Made by a program: the position numbers and the translations under genes. From the human T2T-CHM13v2.0 reference genome, Homo sapiens: a stretch of 64,000 bases of DNA. Every line of letters begins with the position of its first letter. The stretch's first letter is position 1. Location of the stretch: assembly GCF_009914755.1 (NCBI RefSeq), contig NC_060927.1; one strand, 5' to 3'. The notes under the pieces were generated by a model. It did not search any database, was not told the DNA's origin, and worked only from the letters and a program-made list of their open reading frames with translations. Of this stretch, positions 28,669 to 43,810 are shown in pieces.

Positions 28669-29579
28669 ACAATCTTATGTGATTTATTTTGGCATACTGT
28701 CCTGTGCCCTGATTCTACTTACAGTGCAAATTAAGAATTATTTCTCCAAGTACAGTGAAATTATAAATAAATACTTTGGAAACATTGTAGTTTGAGTTTT
28801 ACATGCCTTGAAGCCTATAATGATAAAGATTTTGTTTTTAATGAGTCATACTAATGATAATCATGAATTAAACATATTTTAATTATGCTCTTTGATGTGA
28901 TGCAGAAGCAGTTGGACATAAATAACCATTAAATATCCAAGAAGGGTCATATTCAAGAACTTTGAGTCCATGAAGCTTCGACTTTGGTCATTATAAATCA
29001 TTTCTTACACTGCTTATGAATAGATTGACTAAATATGGTTTAGGATTAGAAAATGGAATTCAGACAATATCCATCTTAACTAATTAGTATAATTTTTTTA
29101 CTTGAAGCTCTTAAATTCTGTTACGGAAAGATTGTTTTTATTGGCTAAAACTTTATTAAACTATAATTAGTTTTTGCTTGAAGAGGTATCTGCATTTAAA
29201 AAATAAAATATTAAAAAAGTAGACAGAATTTGTATACATTATTGTCATTTTTGCTAGCACTAATGTTCAATAAAAATAAATTGACATGTTTTAAAAGAAA
29301 AACGTATTATGCAAAAAAGCACATGCTTATCTAAATAAAAGGGACTACTTTTAGTTGGCTGCTGAATGGGTCAAGAAAGAAATAACCAGACAGATTGTTT
29401 TCAGGCAAAGCTATTTTCAGGTATAAAATCCTGGCAGAGTTGATGGAAGAAATATGATGACCATCTGTTTTGTTCATATAGATATATCAGACTGTCAAAG
29501 TTTAACAAAGCCATGTGTCTTTTTTTTTCCCAAAGTGATATTTGCAATTACTGCTCTGAAATAGTGATTACATTATTAA

Positions 29580-29810
29580 TAAAACATTTACTAATTTCTA
29601 AATGCTTGGTTTATGCCAGATACTACTGTAAGTTCTTTACATATAGTATCTCATCTGATAATTAAGCAATGAAACCAACAATTAAACAATTGTCTAATTA
29701 AACAAATTCAATTGTAAACAATTAAAACAATCCAGTGAATGGGGTATTGCTATTTTCTGTTTTATTCAACATGTAGTTGAGAAGGATTTTAAGCTGTTAG
29801 TCTTAATTAC
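29580..29810 (-). mobile_element. MIR fragment
   Basis: atgccagatactactgtaagttctttacatatagtatctcat..ggtattgctattttctgtttta. Confidence 0.55.
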
Positions 29811-30208
29811 AACACTAAATAAAAATCCAAATTCCAGAGAGCTCTTACTAAGTTTTAATAAAGTGAAACAAAATCATACAAAAACTCCAATTTCAATTGT
29901 TATATCCCCTTCCAGATGTTAATAGAGACTAGTGTACACTATAGACAGATTTTTTTTCTTCTGAGGTTATGATCTTCCTAGTTGAGTTCTTACAAGAGTG
30001 ATAACTCCTCACTAGAGAAAAGGGAGCTTCACATCTTTACATTTTCATTTTAAGCCCAAATTAAAAATTACCCCGTGTTAAAAAGCTATATTTTTATTTA
30101 TCTAAATTATTTAATGTTTATACATACTTACTAGTACATACATACATAAGTACTAGCACAATGCCTAGAACATTGTCGTGATTCTAGGATTGTAAGAGAG
30201 ATATCAAA

Positions 30209-30248
30209 TAGGTAGGTAGATAGATAGATAGAGAGATAGATGGATAGA
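30209..30248. repeat. (TAGG)/(TAGA)n tetranucleotide tract
   Basis: Direct reading. Confidence 0.8.
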
Positions 30249-30965
30249 TTTACTAGGTATTAGTGTTTTAAAAAAATCTTTAAGTTCTTAAACAAATGTT
30301 TGTGGTACGGCTAATAGACATAAACTTCACATTACTCAGAAGACTGATATCAGCAAAATTTATTCCAAAGAACTTTTCTTTGTATGTTTCTCTTTCTCTC
30401 TCCCACACACAGAGAGTAGCAGACATACACACAAACACAGTAGTGTGCAATGTAGACTACACTGAAAATTTTGAGAAGTTGAGGAAAAGGAGAGTATAAA
30501 TAATTAAACCTGCCTGAGCCGGTCAAAAATCTTCATTTGGCATTTCAATCTTTTTCACTTGCAAGCAAAAATTTGTTGCCTTTCCCTTCTCTGAGGCTTT
30601 ATACTTGATCTTCTTCCGTAACACAGACATTTCTCCTAGGAACTGATATTTGTTGGCCTTCTGTCTGCATATCTACCTAGTTCTATCCCAGCTCATAATG
30701 TGCATACATAAAACCACTGTGCTTGGAATAAAAAATCCCAATGTGTATTTCAGAAGAGAGACTAAGCACAGATCATCTCTGGAGGTCAAACACTTGGGTT
30801 CAAATTGTAATGTTTTTTGTTTTATAACTTACTAAGTGACTATGGGCATATTACATGATTTCTCTGTGACTAAGACAACAATGTAAAAACCATTTTTTAT
30901 TGAACTGAATATATTGGTGAGCCATCTGCCTCACACACTGGACAGCCCATTAATATGTTTCTTGA

Positions 30966-31327
<362 letters not shown>

Positions 31328-33339
31328 GGTTTGTAATTTATTATCAACAATTAAACATGAGGATGAGCCATAGATGGATCAAGGCATTTTGTAGCCTTCT
31401 GTTGATATTCTCTCAGGCCTGAGTTATGCAGCCTTGGCTGGGTTTGCCACTTGCTTCTCAGTCATAGCCTTCAGAGGTGTAAAATATGCATGATGGTTTA
31501 CATAGTGGTTTCCAGTTCTGCTAAGTCCTCGCCATCTCTCAGTGTCTCTCTCATCCAAACACATGCATGTAACCTTGAAATTATCTGAACAAAGATTTCA
31601 GTATTTTCAATGTTCTAAAAGATCTAATGGAAACTTATGTTATATACATACACATATATATAACACATAAATTTGTAGATAACCATTAATATAGATTATA
31701 ATGCATAACTATGGAGACAGCATAAACAGAAGGAAACTGAGATTCAATCTGGGTTCTGGGTCTAATTATTGCACCTAGTTACTGCATTTTTGGTGGCAAT
31801 AGTATTCACCTGAAAAGTATTACAGTGTGGTTGGGGGGCAAAAAATAAGATAATAGATGTTAATGTGTTGTGGGGAAAAATACTTTGCATTTTATGTAAT
31901 AATAAAATCTTCAAGTATTGTTACTACAATGGATATTGGTTGAGAAAGACAATTGGTTGAAAAAGGATTTCATGCAGTGATAAACTAATGAGATTATTTC
32001 CTACTCATAGGATAAGAGAAAGAGGAACAGAACCACACAGCAGGTATCCAAAACAATGTGATGGCTTAAAATTTCCTAACTGTGAGAAAATAAACAACTT
32101 ATTTTTCTCCTATTAAGTTATAGTTTTAAAACTCTGGTTAAAAGAAAATCCTCTTGCTATGCAATAAATTCTGTCGTTTTTGTTATCATTCTTTGAATAT
32201 CACTAAATAAAAAGATGAAAAATAAATGTTTAAAGCTTCACCTTACAAGCGAATGTTGTACCTAAAAAGCACTATTATATTTTCCTTTAAACACATGACA
32301 ATTATTCTTACAATAGAAGACTTCATACTGAAAACATAATGATGCAATAAATTTAACTGGAAGTTTGTAATATTTAATAACTTGGAAAGGACAAAATTAT
32401 TTCAACAATGAACATTAAATTACATCTTTATCAATTATGTATGGTGAAAGTTATTTCTGACATTGTCCTTTGGTTAAGTGTCCGTTGAAAAAACAGAGGT
32501 CATTTTATTTATACATGTTAAATTGTTCAGCCCCTGGCTGTTTCGTGAATAAATTAAGCACCTTTTTCAGAAGACAAACATCAACTCAGTACAATTATTG
32601 AAGGCATTAGGAGACAATGCTAATGTATTTCATGCTTCAAAAGCTACAGCTGCCAAAAATTCATAGCAATCAATCAACATCTTTTCTGCAGTATTTCATA
32701 TCTTAAACAGCCTACCAGGGATAATTATTATGGGTAGAGTTTCCTTTTTTAGATAAAGTTGCTGGATATATTGATTAACCTATTGTTCCTTTGTGACTGC
32801 CTCATATGTAGCTAGAATATTAAAACTATGCTCTGTTTTTTCTTTTACAGAAAAAAATTAAAACTCAATCTAGACGATTTAATAAAATTCATTGCTTGTG
32901 AATAGAATTACCTTTTTTGTATGTGCTATTATACTCTACAATTCAGAATTAGAAAACTGAACAAAAGGATAAAATGGATAAAGAATTTGTTTTTCGTAGC
33001 TAAGAGATTTTGTTTTGAATTCTAAAACACATTTTAGAGGGCACCGAGCAGTCCCCAAGGAAACAGAATCTTCGTGAGAGAAGCGTCTCAGTTCATTGGA
33101 ACGAGTAGATATAAGGTCAGATCATAATTCTTCAGCTGTTCATAGCAATGACTTCTTAGCCTCAAATGCAAAGAATGATGTGCTTTGTTAGTCAAAATTC
33201 TCAAGGAAAGGAAAAAGCAAAACAAAACAAACTTATCTTGGATTTTGCTTCCATTTTGAAAATTTCTTTCCAATCCTGTATTTCTCCTGCCCATCATCAT
33301 AGCTACGATATAATTAAATCATTTAAATAAATGCATCAG

Positions 33340-33647
<308 letters not shown>

Positions 33648-33718
33648 TCAGGATTTTGGCCCCAGAATATGACAACAACATCAACCTAACTAAAATTAAT
33701 TAGAGATGATTTTGTATT

Positions 33719-33950
33719 CAGAAGCTTCAAACTGGTAGTCTTGGACGAAGCAGTAGCCTACAGAGGTGTTTAGCTTGGCCTACATAGTACTTAAAAATGT
33801 TGTTAAATAAGTTAGCAATATTTAAATATGCTAAATATTTAAAATAGTTAATAACAATAATATAAAAGTTTTGTTTTTCAGCTTTTAAAAAAAAAATCAG
33901 AACAGCTGACAATCTTGATTCCATATTACACAGAGGCTGAAGCTGAGTAA
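33719..33950. mobile_element. Decayed hAT DNA transposon fragment (MER103/MER58-like)
   Basis: cttcaaactgg..cctacagaggtgtttagcttggcctacatag terminus-like motif. Confidence 0.4.
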
Positions 33951-34149
33951 TATAATTTTCTACTTCCCCTGAACTCCTTCATATGTCTTCCTTAAGGCAT
34001 ATTGATTTCTATAAACGCTGCTCACTTTTACAACACTTGTTTGTAGACATGTCTTATTCTTAACCCCTGTCAGCATCTTAATGGAAGAAACAATATTTTA
34101 TCCTTTGCAAAGACCTTATATAGATAAAGAACATAGTAAGTGTCCCATG

Positions 34150-35069
34150 CTTTTTTTTTTCTTTCTTTTTTTTTTTTGTAATTTTACTTTAAGTTCTGGG
34201 ATACATGTGCAGAACGTGCAGGTTTGTTACATAAGGATACATGTGCCATGGTGGTTTGCTGCACCTATCAACCCATCAACTAGGTTTTAAGCCCCATATG
34301 CATTAGGTACTTGTCCTAATGCTCTCCCTCCCCTTGACCCTGACTTCCCAACAGACCCCGGTGTGATGTTCCCCTCCCTGTGTCCATATGTTCTCATCAT
34401 TCAATTCCCAGTTATGAATGAGAGCATGCTGTGTTTGGTTTTCTGTTCTTGTGTCTGCTGAGAACAATGGCTTCTAGCTTCCTCCATGTCCCTGCAAAGG
34501 ACATGAACTCATTCTTTTTTATGGCTGTATATTATTCCATGGTGTATATGTGCCATATTTTCTTTATCCAGTCTATCATTGATGGAGATGTGGGTTGGTT
34601 CCAAGTCTTTGCTATTGAAAATAGTGCTGCAATAATCATACATGTGTATGTATCTTTATAGTAGAATGATTTAGAATCCTTTGGGTATATGCCCAGTAAT
34701 GGGATTGTTGGGTCAAATGATATTTCTGGTTCTAGATCCTTGAGGAATCGCCACACTGTCTTCCACAATGGTTGAACTAATTTACACTCTCATCAATAGG
34801 GTGAAAGCATTCCTACTTCTCCACGCCTTGCCAGCATCTGTTGTTTCCCGACTTTTTAATAATTGCCATTCTAACTGGCATGAGATGGTATCTCATTGTG
34901 GTTTTGATTTGCATTTCTCTAATAACCAGTGATGATGTGATTTTTTAAATATGTTTGTTGGTTGTATAAATGCGTTTTTTGAGAAGTGTCTGTTCATATC
35001 CTTTGCCCACTTCTTGATGGTTTTTTTTTTCTTATAAATTTGTTTAAGTTCCTTGTAGGTTCTGGATGT
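34150..35069 (-). mobile_element. 5'-truncated L1PA7/8-like element
   Basis: Poly-T tail, L1PA 3' UTR, and ORF2 C-terminal remnant (ORF 34532-34768 WKTVWRFLKDLEPE...). Confidence 0.92.
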
Positions 35070-35718
35070 TGCTTTCTAATAGGCATAAAATAATTAACCA
35101 GTGAAAGTAAAAAGGTCACTACATTACTAATTTTAGGATAATTTTGAATGCAAAGGAATTTCCAAAGGATGATAATGAAATTGAAGAATATTGAAAATAT
35201 TTATTTATAAAAATTTTCCTGTAAAAATTTGTAACTTATTTTAAAACTTGAAGAGAACTTGATTACAGTGTGATACAGTGGTTATGAAACCCTGTTTTCC
35301 CTTAGCAGAGGAAACTAGTATAGACGCTAGACATGTACAGAACAGCTTCCCATGGCAAAGCAGGAATGGATGGAGGGTCCAGAACCCTTCATTAAGCCTT
35401 CTTGTTCCTGATACAGTTTAAAACCACAGTTACCCAGGGGTTTTGTGGATCAGTTTGGAAAGTACTAATCCTATCAGAAAGATTTCCCTCATTTGAGAAA
35501 AGAAGAGATTGACGGCTTTGCCCATTATGAGCAGACTCAGGATTACTGGTTACAAAGTTCTATTCTGAGATATATAGGATCTGAAAAAGTATGGCAGACA
35601 CCCTTCCTGCTCACAAAGAAAAGGAAAGAAAAAAATGCAATGTTTTAAAAATAACCATATAAACAAGTACCGTGCAGCTTAGAATCACTAAGAAATAAAA
35701 AATATGTCTGTAAAAACA

Positions 35719-35969
<251 letters not shown>

Positions 35970-36065
35970 GTCAAATATAGAGAACTCTGTTAATGCAGCA
36001 TTTTTAGACTTCCTTGTTTTAGGCTAAATTACAGAAACACTGTTTTACAATTGTATATTCTGCAT

Positions 36066-36278
36066 CAGGGTGTCGCAACCACAGCACTATTGATATCTGG
36101 GGCTAAAAAAGTCTTTTTCTAATGGAGTTATCTTGTGCATTATAGTTTGTTTAGCAACATTCCTGGCCTCTACCCATTAGATATCAGTAGAACATCCCAG
36201 GTGATGACTATCAGAAATGTCTTCGGACATTATCATATATCCCCTGAGGGCAAAATTATCCCCAGTAGAGAACCATTG
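36066..36278 (-). mobile_element. MER20 hAT-Charlie MITE
   Basis: CAG...(T)TG termini; cctggcctctacccattagat; gggcaaaattatcccc..gagaacca. Confidence 0.88.
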
Positions 36279-36649
36279 CTCTATGTTACTAGAAACGGAC
36301 GCTAATTCTTGGTAAACAAGACTAACATGCACCCTCCAATTCCAACTGTAGGATGTATAATGAATTATATAATAATTTTTGCAGTATTTGGAATTATTTT
36401 GAACCATCAACAAGATTGTAAGTATTGCTTCTCCTGTGTAGGATTTGAGGCAAAAGTGTTTTTATATTTATTACCAAGGTAGTCTCTAGACTTCAACAGT
36501 GCGTTCCATGTTTTCTTAAATGCCAGTTGTTACGGAGGGATGTCTGAGCCTGGGCAGATTCTTCAGGATGGCTCTTCTCATTTACCTAAATTTGATTGAA
36601 TATTTCTATTAGTTTGAAAAACAAAACAAAGACAAAACAATCAGCCTTG

Positions 36650-36880
36650 GAGATATGTCACTTACGTATGTACTAGGGATCTTCTAAGCATTTTGTATAT
36701 ATTAACTAGTTTGATCCTCACAGAAAAACAATGAGGTAACTATTTGACTTCTCTCATCTCAGTCACAGAGCAATCATTTAATGTGCCAATAGTCATTTAG
36801 TTGGTAAGTTTAAAAAAAAACAACAACAAAAAACAGCATTACTATTTGAATCCAAGTATTTGACGTCCAGAGTTGATAGG
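36650..36880 (-). mobile_element. MIR fragment
   Basis: ctaagcattttgtatatattaact..tcctcacag..tgaggta..atttgaatccaag. Confidence 0.6.
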
Positions 36881-37249
36881 TTTATGTCTGTGGCTCTGTC
36901 TCTTCACAAATACACACGTTTGGATTTTGCATAGTCATTTTTATTATTATAATCAGTATATTAATGAGTTACATATTTATTAGGTATAAGAATATCTTAA
37001 TCTAACATTTTGTTTAAATAAAATTTTATTACTTTATAATTGATTTATTTCTCTTCCTACCCAATAAGTTATGCTTTTGTAAAATAGAGGTTCTTTTTAT
37101 TTTATGAACTATAAATGAGTGCATATATGTATATAATTACATTAAATGCCTACATGCAGATATATATTAATACTCTGCATACATGATTTCTTTTTTTTTA
37201 TCTTTTACTTTGGTATCATTTCAGTCTTACGGAAAAATTGCAAAAGTCT

Positions 37250-37405
37250 CTCTCTCCCTTTTTAATTTTTCTTCCTTCTTCCTTCTTTCTCTTCCCCTTC
37301 TCCTTCCCCTTCTTTTCCTCCTTCTCCTCCTCTTTCCTCTTTTCCTCCTCCTCCCCCTTCTCATTCTCTTTGTTTTTTCTTCTTTCTCTTCACCCACTCT
37401 CTGTC
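37250..37405. repeat. CT-rich polypyrimidine low-complexity tract
   Basis: Direct reading. Confidence 0.85.
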
Positions 37406-37550
37406 TTCTGTAAAGTCATTTTTTTCTTTATAATTAATATACAGCTTGTGGAGAGATACTTTGTAACTACATAAATATTCTCTTACTCTTCAGAGTTATA
37501 CCTCTGGCTTTAGAATCAATTGATAAACTGGCATGAAAATAATATTATCA

Positions 37551-38048
37551 TGTATGCAGAGTATTATCTATTGCTTAAAAGTCACCATGTTAAAACAATA
37601 GGCCCTTATTATTTCATAGTTTCTGTGGGTCAGAAATTCAGAACCTGCTTTATAGGGTGGCCCTGACTCTGACTCTCAGAGGATAACAATGAAGATGTCC
37701 TCTGGGCTGTAGTCATAATGAGGACTTGATGGGAGTGAGGATTTACTTTCAAGATAGCTGACATGCCTGGCTACTGCAGGAGGCCTCACTTCGTCACTGA
37801 CTGACGTGGTCTCAGTTCCCCAAATGTGTACCTCTCCATGGGGCTGCTGTGTGTACACCTGACATGGCAAATGACTTGACCTTGAGTGAGTGATCCAAGA
37901 GACAGTAAGGTAGAAGCTTCACTGTATTTTATGTCATAGCCATGGAAATCACACATTGTCATTTCTACTGAGATGAGAGGGGAGTATGTAAAGGTTCAAA
38001 TACAAAGAAATGGAAAGTTAGAGGCCGTCTTGGATTCTAGCTACCAAA
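37551..38048 (-). mobile_element. MaLR LTR, MLT1F/G/H-like
   Basis: ttaaaacaat..tttctgtgggtcagaaattc..cctctccatggggctgct..ggccgtcttgga..ctaccaaa. Confidence 0.65.
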
Positions 38049-38760
38049 ATTATTTTTGTGATGGTTGGCAAATGATTTTCTAGTGCAATCATCTCTTCTG
38101 TAGTTATTATTTGGCTTTCAAAAAGAAAGCAGAGCTGTCTTTTATCCTTCAGTTATTTATTATTTAATTCGTGTAGATTTATGAATTCATATTTTATTCA
38201 GTAGATTGTAATCTATTAATATAATTATTTACTTTTGTTCTCCAAATGCCTAAGATTCAACAAGCTGGATCTCCTTCAAGCACTTCTGTTTCCTTTTAAC
38301 ATGTCCCTGTTATGTTTTGAGTTTGCTATGTTTGAACTACTTATTAGTTTTAACTGAAGTTACATTTGCACCACCCTAATAACTCATTGGCTAACAAAGA
38401 GTGGTTTGTTTGGGCCCCTAGATTCCCAGACCCTTTCAGTGGAACTTCAAGGTCAAAACTATTATAAAAATGTTACTTTTTTACCTTTTATTTACATTGA
38501 TAGTGCAAATGCAATGGTAGAAAATAATTCCTGGAACCTTAACGCTACTCAAGGGCTCCCAACAAATTACACTACCAATCATTGTGTTCTTCACCCTTCT
38601 CAAAAAAAAAAAAAATCAACTTCACATGAAAATGTACTTAATAATAAGAATTATTAATTTTGTTGAATCTGTACACTTGAGAATAATCTTTTAACTATTC
38701 TTTTTAATAAAATAGCAATCATTCATAAAGTTCTTCCTCTGTATATCAAATTATGATGAC

Positions 38761-39472
<712 letters not shown>

Positions 39473-39985
39473 ACTGCCATGGGGCAAAACATCCTATTAT
39501 TGTTTTTGAGTTGTTAGCTAAACTAGCTGCTTTGTTTATGGTACAAGTTGAAAGGGTGACTGAGCAATAAAGCATGATTATGCAGACCTCACTAATTGGC
39601 AGATACTTTATCAAATATGAACTGAGTCTACTGCTTTAAGAAAAACAACTGACATTTTTAATTTTTGATGATATAACCCAAGCTTTATGTGAAAATTAGA
39701 CACATAAAACACTTTTATAAGCCACCATGAACTAAGACTTTTTAATGAAAATGGTGATAATGTTAGCCATGTGAGTTTTTAAATAATGTATAATCAAATT
39801 TGCCAACATTTGAGGGATCTGCCTAACTCAGTGAACCAATATTTTCCAGATGATAAATGTGTAATATTATAAAATTGTCTATGGGTAAGAGATCATTCAA
39901 AATGCAAGATAGAAAAAGAGGTTTTACTGTAACAAGGTATGAAAAGTCCATTGATCTGATTTTAGATTTCATATTTCAACTAATC

Positions 39986-40267
39986 TTTTTTTTTTTTTTT
40001 TTTTTTGAGACAGTCTCACTAGTGCAGTGGCATGATTTCAGCTCACTGCAAGCTCCGCCTCCCGGGTTCACGCCATTCTCCTGCCTCAGCCTTCTGAGTT
40101 GCTGGGACTACAGGCGCCTGCCCCGACACCCGCAAATTTTTTGTATTTTTAGTAGAGACGAGGTTTCACCGTATTAGCCAGAATGGTCTTGATCTCCTGA
40201 CCTCGTGATCCTCCTGCCTGGCCTCCCAAAGTGCTGGGATTACAGGCGTGAGCCACCACGCCCGGCC
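39986..40267 (-). mobile_element. AluY with a small internal deletion, nested in Charlie1
   Basis: caagctccgcctcccgggttcacgccattc; TSD TCAACTAATCTTT. Confidence 0.92.
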
Positions 40268-41137
40268 TCAACTAATCTTTAAAAAAACTACCAATCATCA
40301 AGTTTTGGAACAATATCCAAAAACAATATGTAAAATTATGTGGAAAGTCTATTAAAATACTTAACATTTCAACTACATATATGTAGTTGGATTTTCATCA
40401 TATGCTTTAACTAAAGCAATATAGAGTAAAAGATTGAATTCAAAAGCACACATTAGAGTCCTCCTCTCTTCTAGTAAGTCAGATTAAAACAATGCCATAC
40501 TTCTCACTAATTTGGGAAATAAAATATTATATTATTATTTTTTATAACAAATTTTATTTATGTTAACTTGTAATGGTTTTATTATTGTTGTCTTAAAACA
40601 AATCAATAAATGGATACATAATTTTTGTTTGCATTTCAATTATAATAAACAATAATAGATATAACCTATATAAACAAAGTTTTTTGGGTTCCTTGATCAT
40701 TTTAAGAGTGTAAAGTTATTATGAATTCCAAAAGTTTGAAAACTGCTGCTTTAAATGATTTTAATTTTTATGTTCATTTATTTTATTTGATTTTTTAAAT
40801 ACAATTTCTATATTTTTAGATTTTATTACTTTTACATATGAAAATATTAAACTCCATTTATGGGTATAATGAGGACAACTAAAAATGTAGCCCATGTCTT
40901 TAGAAAGAGGTTAAGAACATTATCTGAGGAGTAGAATGACTAAGCCAATTTCAAAATAAATTCCTTTAGGTATTCCTAGATGCAAACACTGATTTTAAAA
41001 TCAGTCAGCTACAGAAGATCAGAAATCTTATTTTAAAATTAGCTGAGCTGTGTTACTTAAGGGACCAGAGGGTAAAATACCACTATTAAGAAATTTTTCT
41101 TTTGTCTCTACAACAGACAAGTAAAGTACTGGATCCT

Positions 41138-41425
41138 TGTTTTGTTTTCGTTTTCTTGCTTTGTCACTCAGGCTGGAGTGCAGTGGCACAATTTTGGCTC
41201 ACTGAAACCTCTGCCTCCCAGGTTCAAGTGATTCTTGTGCCTTAGCCCCCCAAGCAGCTGGTATTATAGGCGTATGCCACAATGCCTGGCTAATTTTTGT
41301 ATTTTTAGTAGAGGCAGGGTTTCACCATGTTGGCCAGGTTGGTCTCGAACTCCTGACCTCAAGTGATCTGCCGCCTTGGCCTCCCAAAGTATTGGGATTA
41401 CAGGTGTGAGCCACTGTGCCAGGCC
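41138..41425 (-). mobile_element. AluS (Sx/Sz-like)
   Basis: Full dimer, antisense. Confidence 0.9.
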
Positions 41426-42589
41426 CATGTTGTTTTTAATAAGTAGTTTGTTCATGTAGAAATACACAGTCTAGAGTTTTTCATTTATTCCAAAGATTTG
41501 GTATTCAGGAACACATTCTTTAATGAATCAAACACACATACACGTTCATTTATATGCTGAATGATATTTATAGTATGTATATATATATGTGTGTGTGCAT
41601 ATATATGTATATATGAGATAAATCAAATTTGCAGTTTTTGGTTTACACAGCCAAATTGGAAAAGACATATTCTTTCCGTATAGGCAAGATAGCTTTACCT
41701 TTTAACAGAGGGCATTCAAGCTTTTTAATCCTGAGCTCTTCTGGTGCCAAAGTCCCCGATCTTCTAGAATCCTGCAGACTGACTGATAACAAATAGACTT
41801 TGCCATTATGATAACTATATTTATTTTGAACACAGGAAACCCCACATTGAATTTCTGACATATTTGATTAGGACTAGGAAGGCCATGGGTCCTTTTGCAA
41901 CATAAGAGAAAAAAGAAAAAAAAAAAGAAAAAGCTAGTCCAGCCATAAAAATGTACAGATGATGCAGACTTTCAAGAGATTTTTATTTTAGAACTTGATG
42001 ATTTCTAGTAGTTTTCAGTTTTTCATTTAAAATATTCTAACAAAACCCTGAATGGTTTATAGAACACTCATTTAAATGGGCCTCTAAAAATATTGTGATT
42101 AAACATCTTAAACAGCTCATATTTATTTCTCATAAGAGGGCTCCTGACTAATCTTCATTATTTGAAAGCTTCATTTTCATGTTTCAAAAAGTGTACATGG
42201 GCATTGTGAAATGGCAATTAAGTTTTGATGTTTTTAAATACCTAATTTAATTTGAATGCTTAAATATTTCAAGCCATCTACAGGGACTTAATGTCATGTC
42301 CATAAGGAAGTTTTTTCTCAGGTTGAATGATTCATTGAACACTTTAAAATGTAGTAAAAGCAAAAATTAATGGACCCTAGTTTACTTAATTTTTAAAGTA
42401 AGAGTAAAACAAAATATAACATTATAAATTCAATAAACACTGTTTTAGGTAAATGGTTTTATAATATGATATTGTTGGATTTTTAAAAATTAGACATTTA
42501 TTTTACTTAGCATAATGTACACACTTTTGAAAAAATGGAAAGAAACTACTACTGTTTGACACAAGTCATAATTCGTTTTTATTTTACCT

Positions 42590-43810
42590 TTAACAAAAGA
42601 AATATTTATTGACTGCTTGCCATGTACTAGGTATAGTGCTAGGTACTTGAGATCCAGCGGTACAGATTAAAAGTTGATGGGAGTGAAGGAGTTATAACAA
42701 ATAAAAACATAAGTAATTGTGTAACTTCAATCCCTAATGAGTGCTATAAAGGAGAAAAAAAGAGTAATGCAACAGAGAATAATTGATGATCTCTGTATTT
42801 TAAGAGGTTACAGATCACCTTACAGAAAAATTATCATTTTTATTGATATCAAAAGGTGAAGACAAATTATGCATGTGAAGAGGAGGAAGAATATGTATTG
42901 TAGGATGCAAAGGCCCTAAGTTTGAAATTGCTCAGACTTTCAAAATACAGAAAGAATATCAATGTGGCTAGAGTATAATGAACATGAAGGAAGGAGGTAC
43001 AAAGAAAGCTTTGCATGACATACCAAGACTTTTGAATATTATTTTAAGTCCACATGAAGTTATTGAAGGGTTTTAAGCAAGATAATGATATGTCTGCTGC
43101 ATTGAAAATATCTGTTACACAGTAAGGTGACTATAGCAAATAACAATGTTCTATATATTTCAAGAAGGTTGGAAGAAATTTTCAATGTTATCACCACAAA
43201 GATATCATAGATATTTAAAGTGATAAATATAATATTTACTCTAATTTTATTGTTATATAATGTATACAAACATTAAAATGTCACATTGTACCCCATAAGC
43301 ATGTACAATCATTATGTGCCAACTATAAATAAAACTAAAACTGGTTGCTACATGGAGATTAGAATGGGATGTGAGAGTAGTGGAAATTGGCAAATAACTG
43401 TGGAGGTGAGGATCTCTTAATATTTCAAAGCAGAAGATTTAGGTGGATAGAGTTTACAGTGCATTTTGTAACAGAAATGATAGGATTGGATGATGCTTAT
43501 GTAGAATGAAGTGAAGTTGAAGGTATCAAGGCGATGCCTGGTTTCTCTTTTGAGCCACTGATGTGCCTGGGGTGGAACAGATTAGAGAAGAGGTAAGTTT
43601 TTAAGAGAATGATAATGATTGTGGACATATAGTGTATTGTTTGAGAAGCCTGGGAGGAATCTTAGAGGAAATTCACATGGGTAATGTATGAGGAAATTGA
43701 GAAAGAAGACTAAGATTCATAGACGTGCTTTAGTACCATAGGTGTGAGTTGCCACAACACTTGAAGAAAATGAGATTGTCCAGGGTAAAATGTAAGGTGG
43801 ACAAAAGAAG
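42590..43810 (-). mobile_element. L2 (L2a-like) fragment interrupted by an L1MA 3' end
   Basis: aaatatttattgactgcttgccatgtactagg..gtgctagg is the L2 3' end; purine-rich L2 body follows. Confidence 0.7.
43105..43340 (+). mobile_element. L1MA 3' end fragment
   Basis: cagtaaggtgactatagcaaataacaatg..caccacaaaga..cacattgtaccccataa. Confidence 0.8.

Noticed and set aside
32560-32670. Possible exon after ctttttcag
   Set aside because: The frames I translated close within about 30 codons, and there is no convincing donor site or protein similarity.
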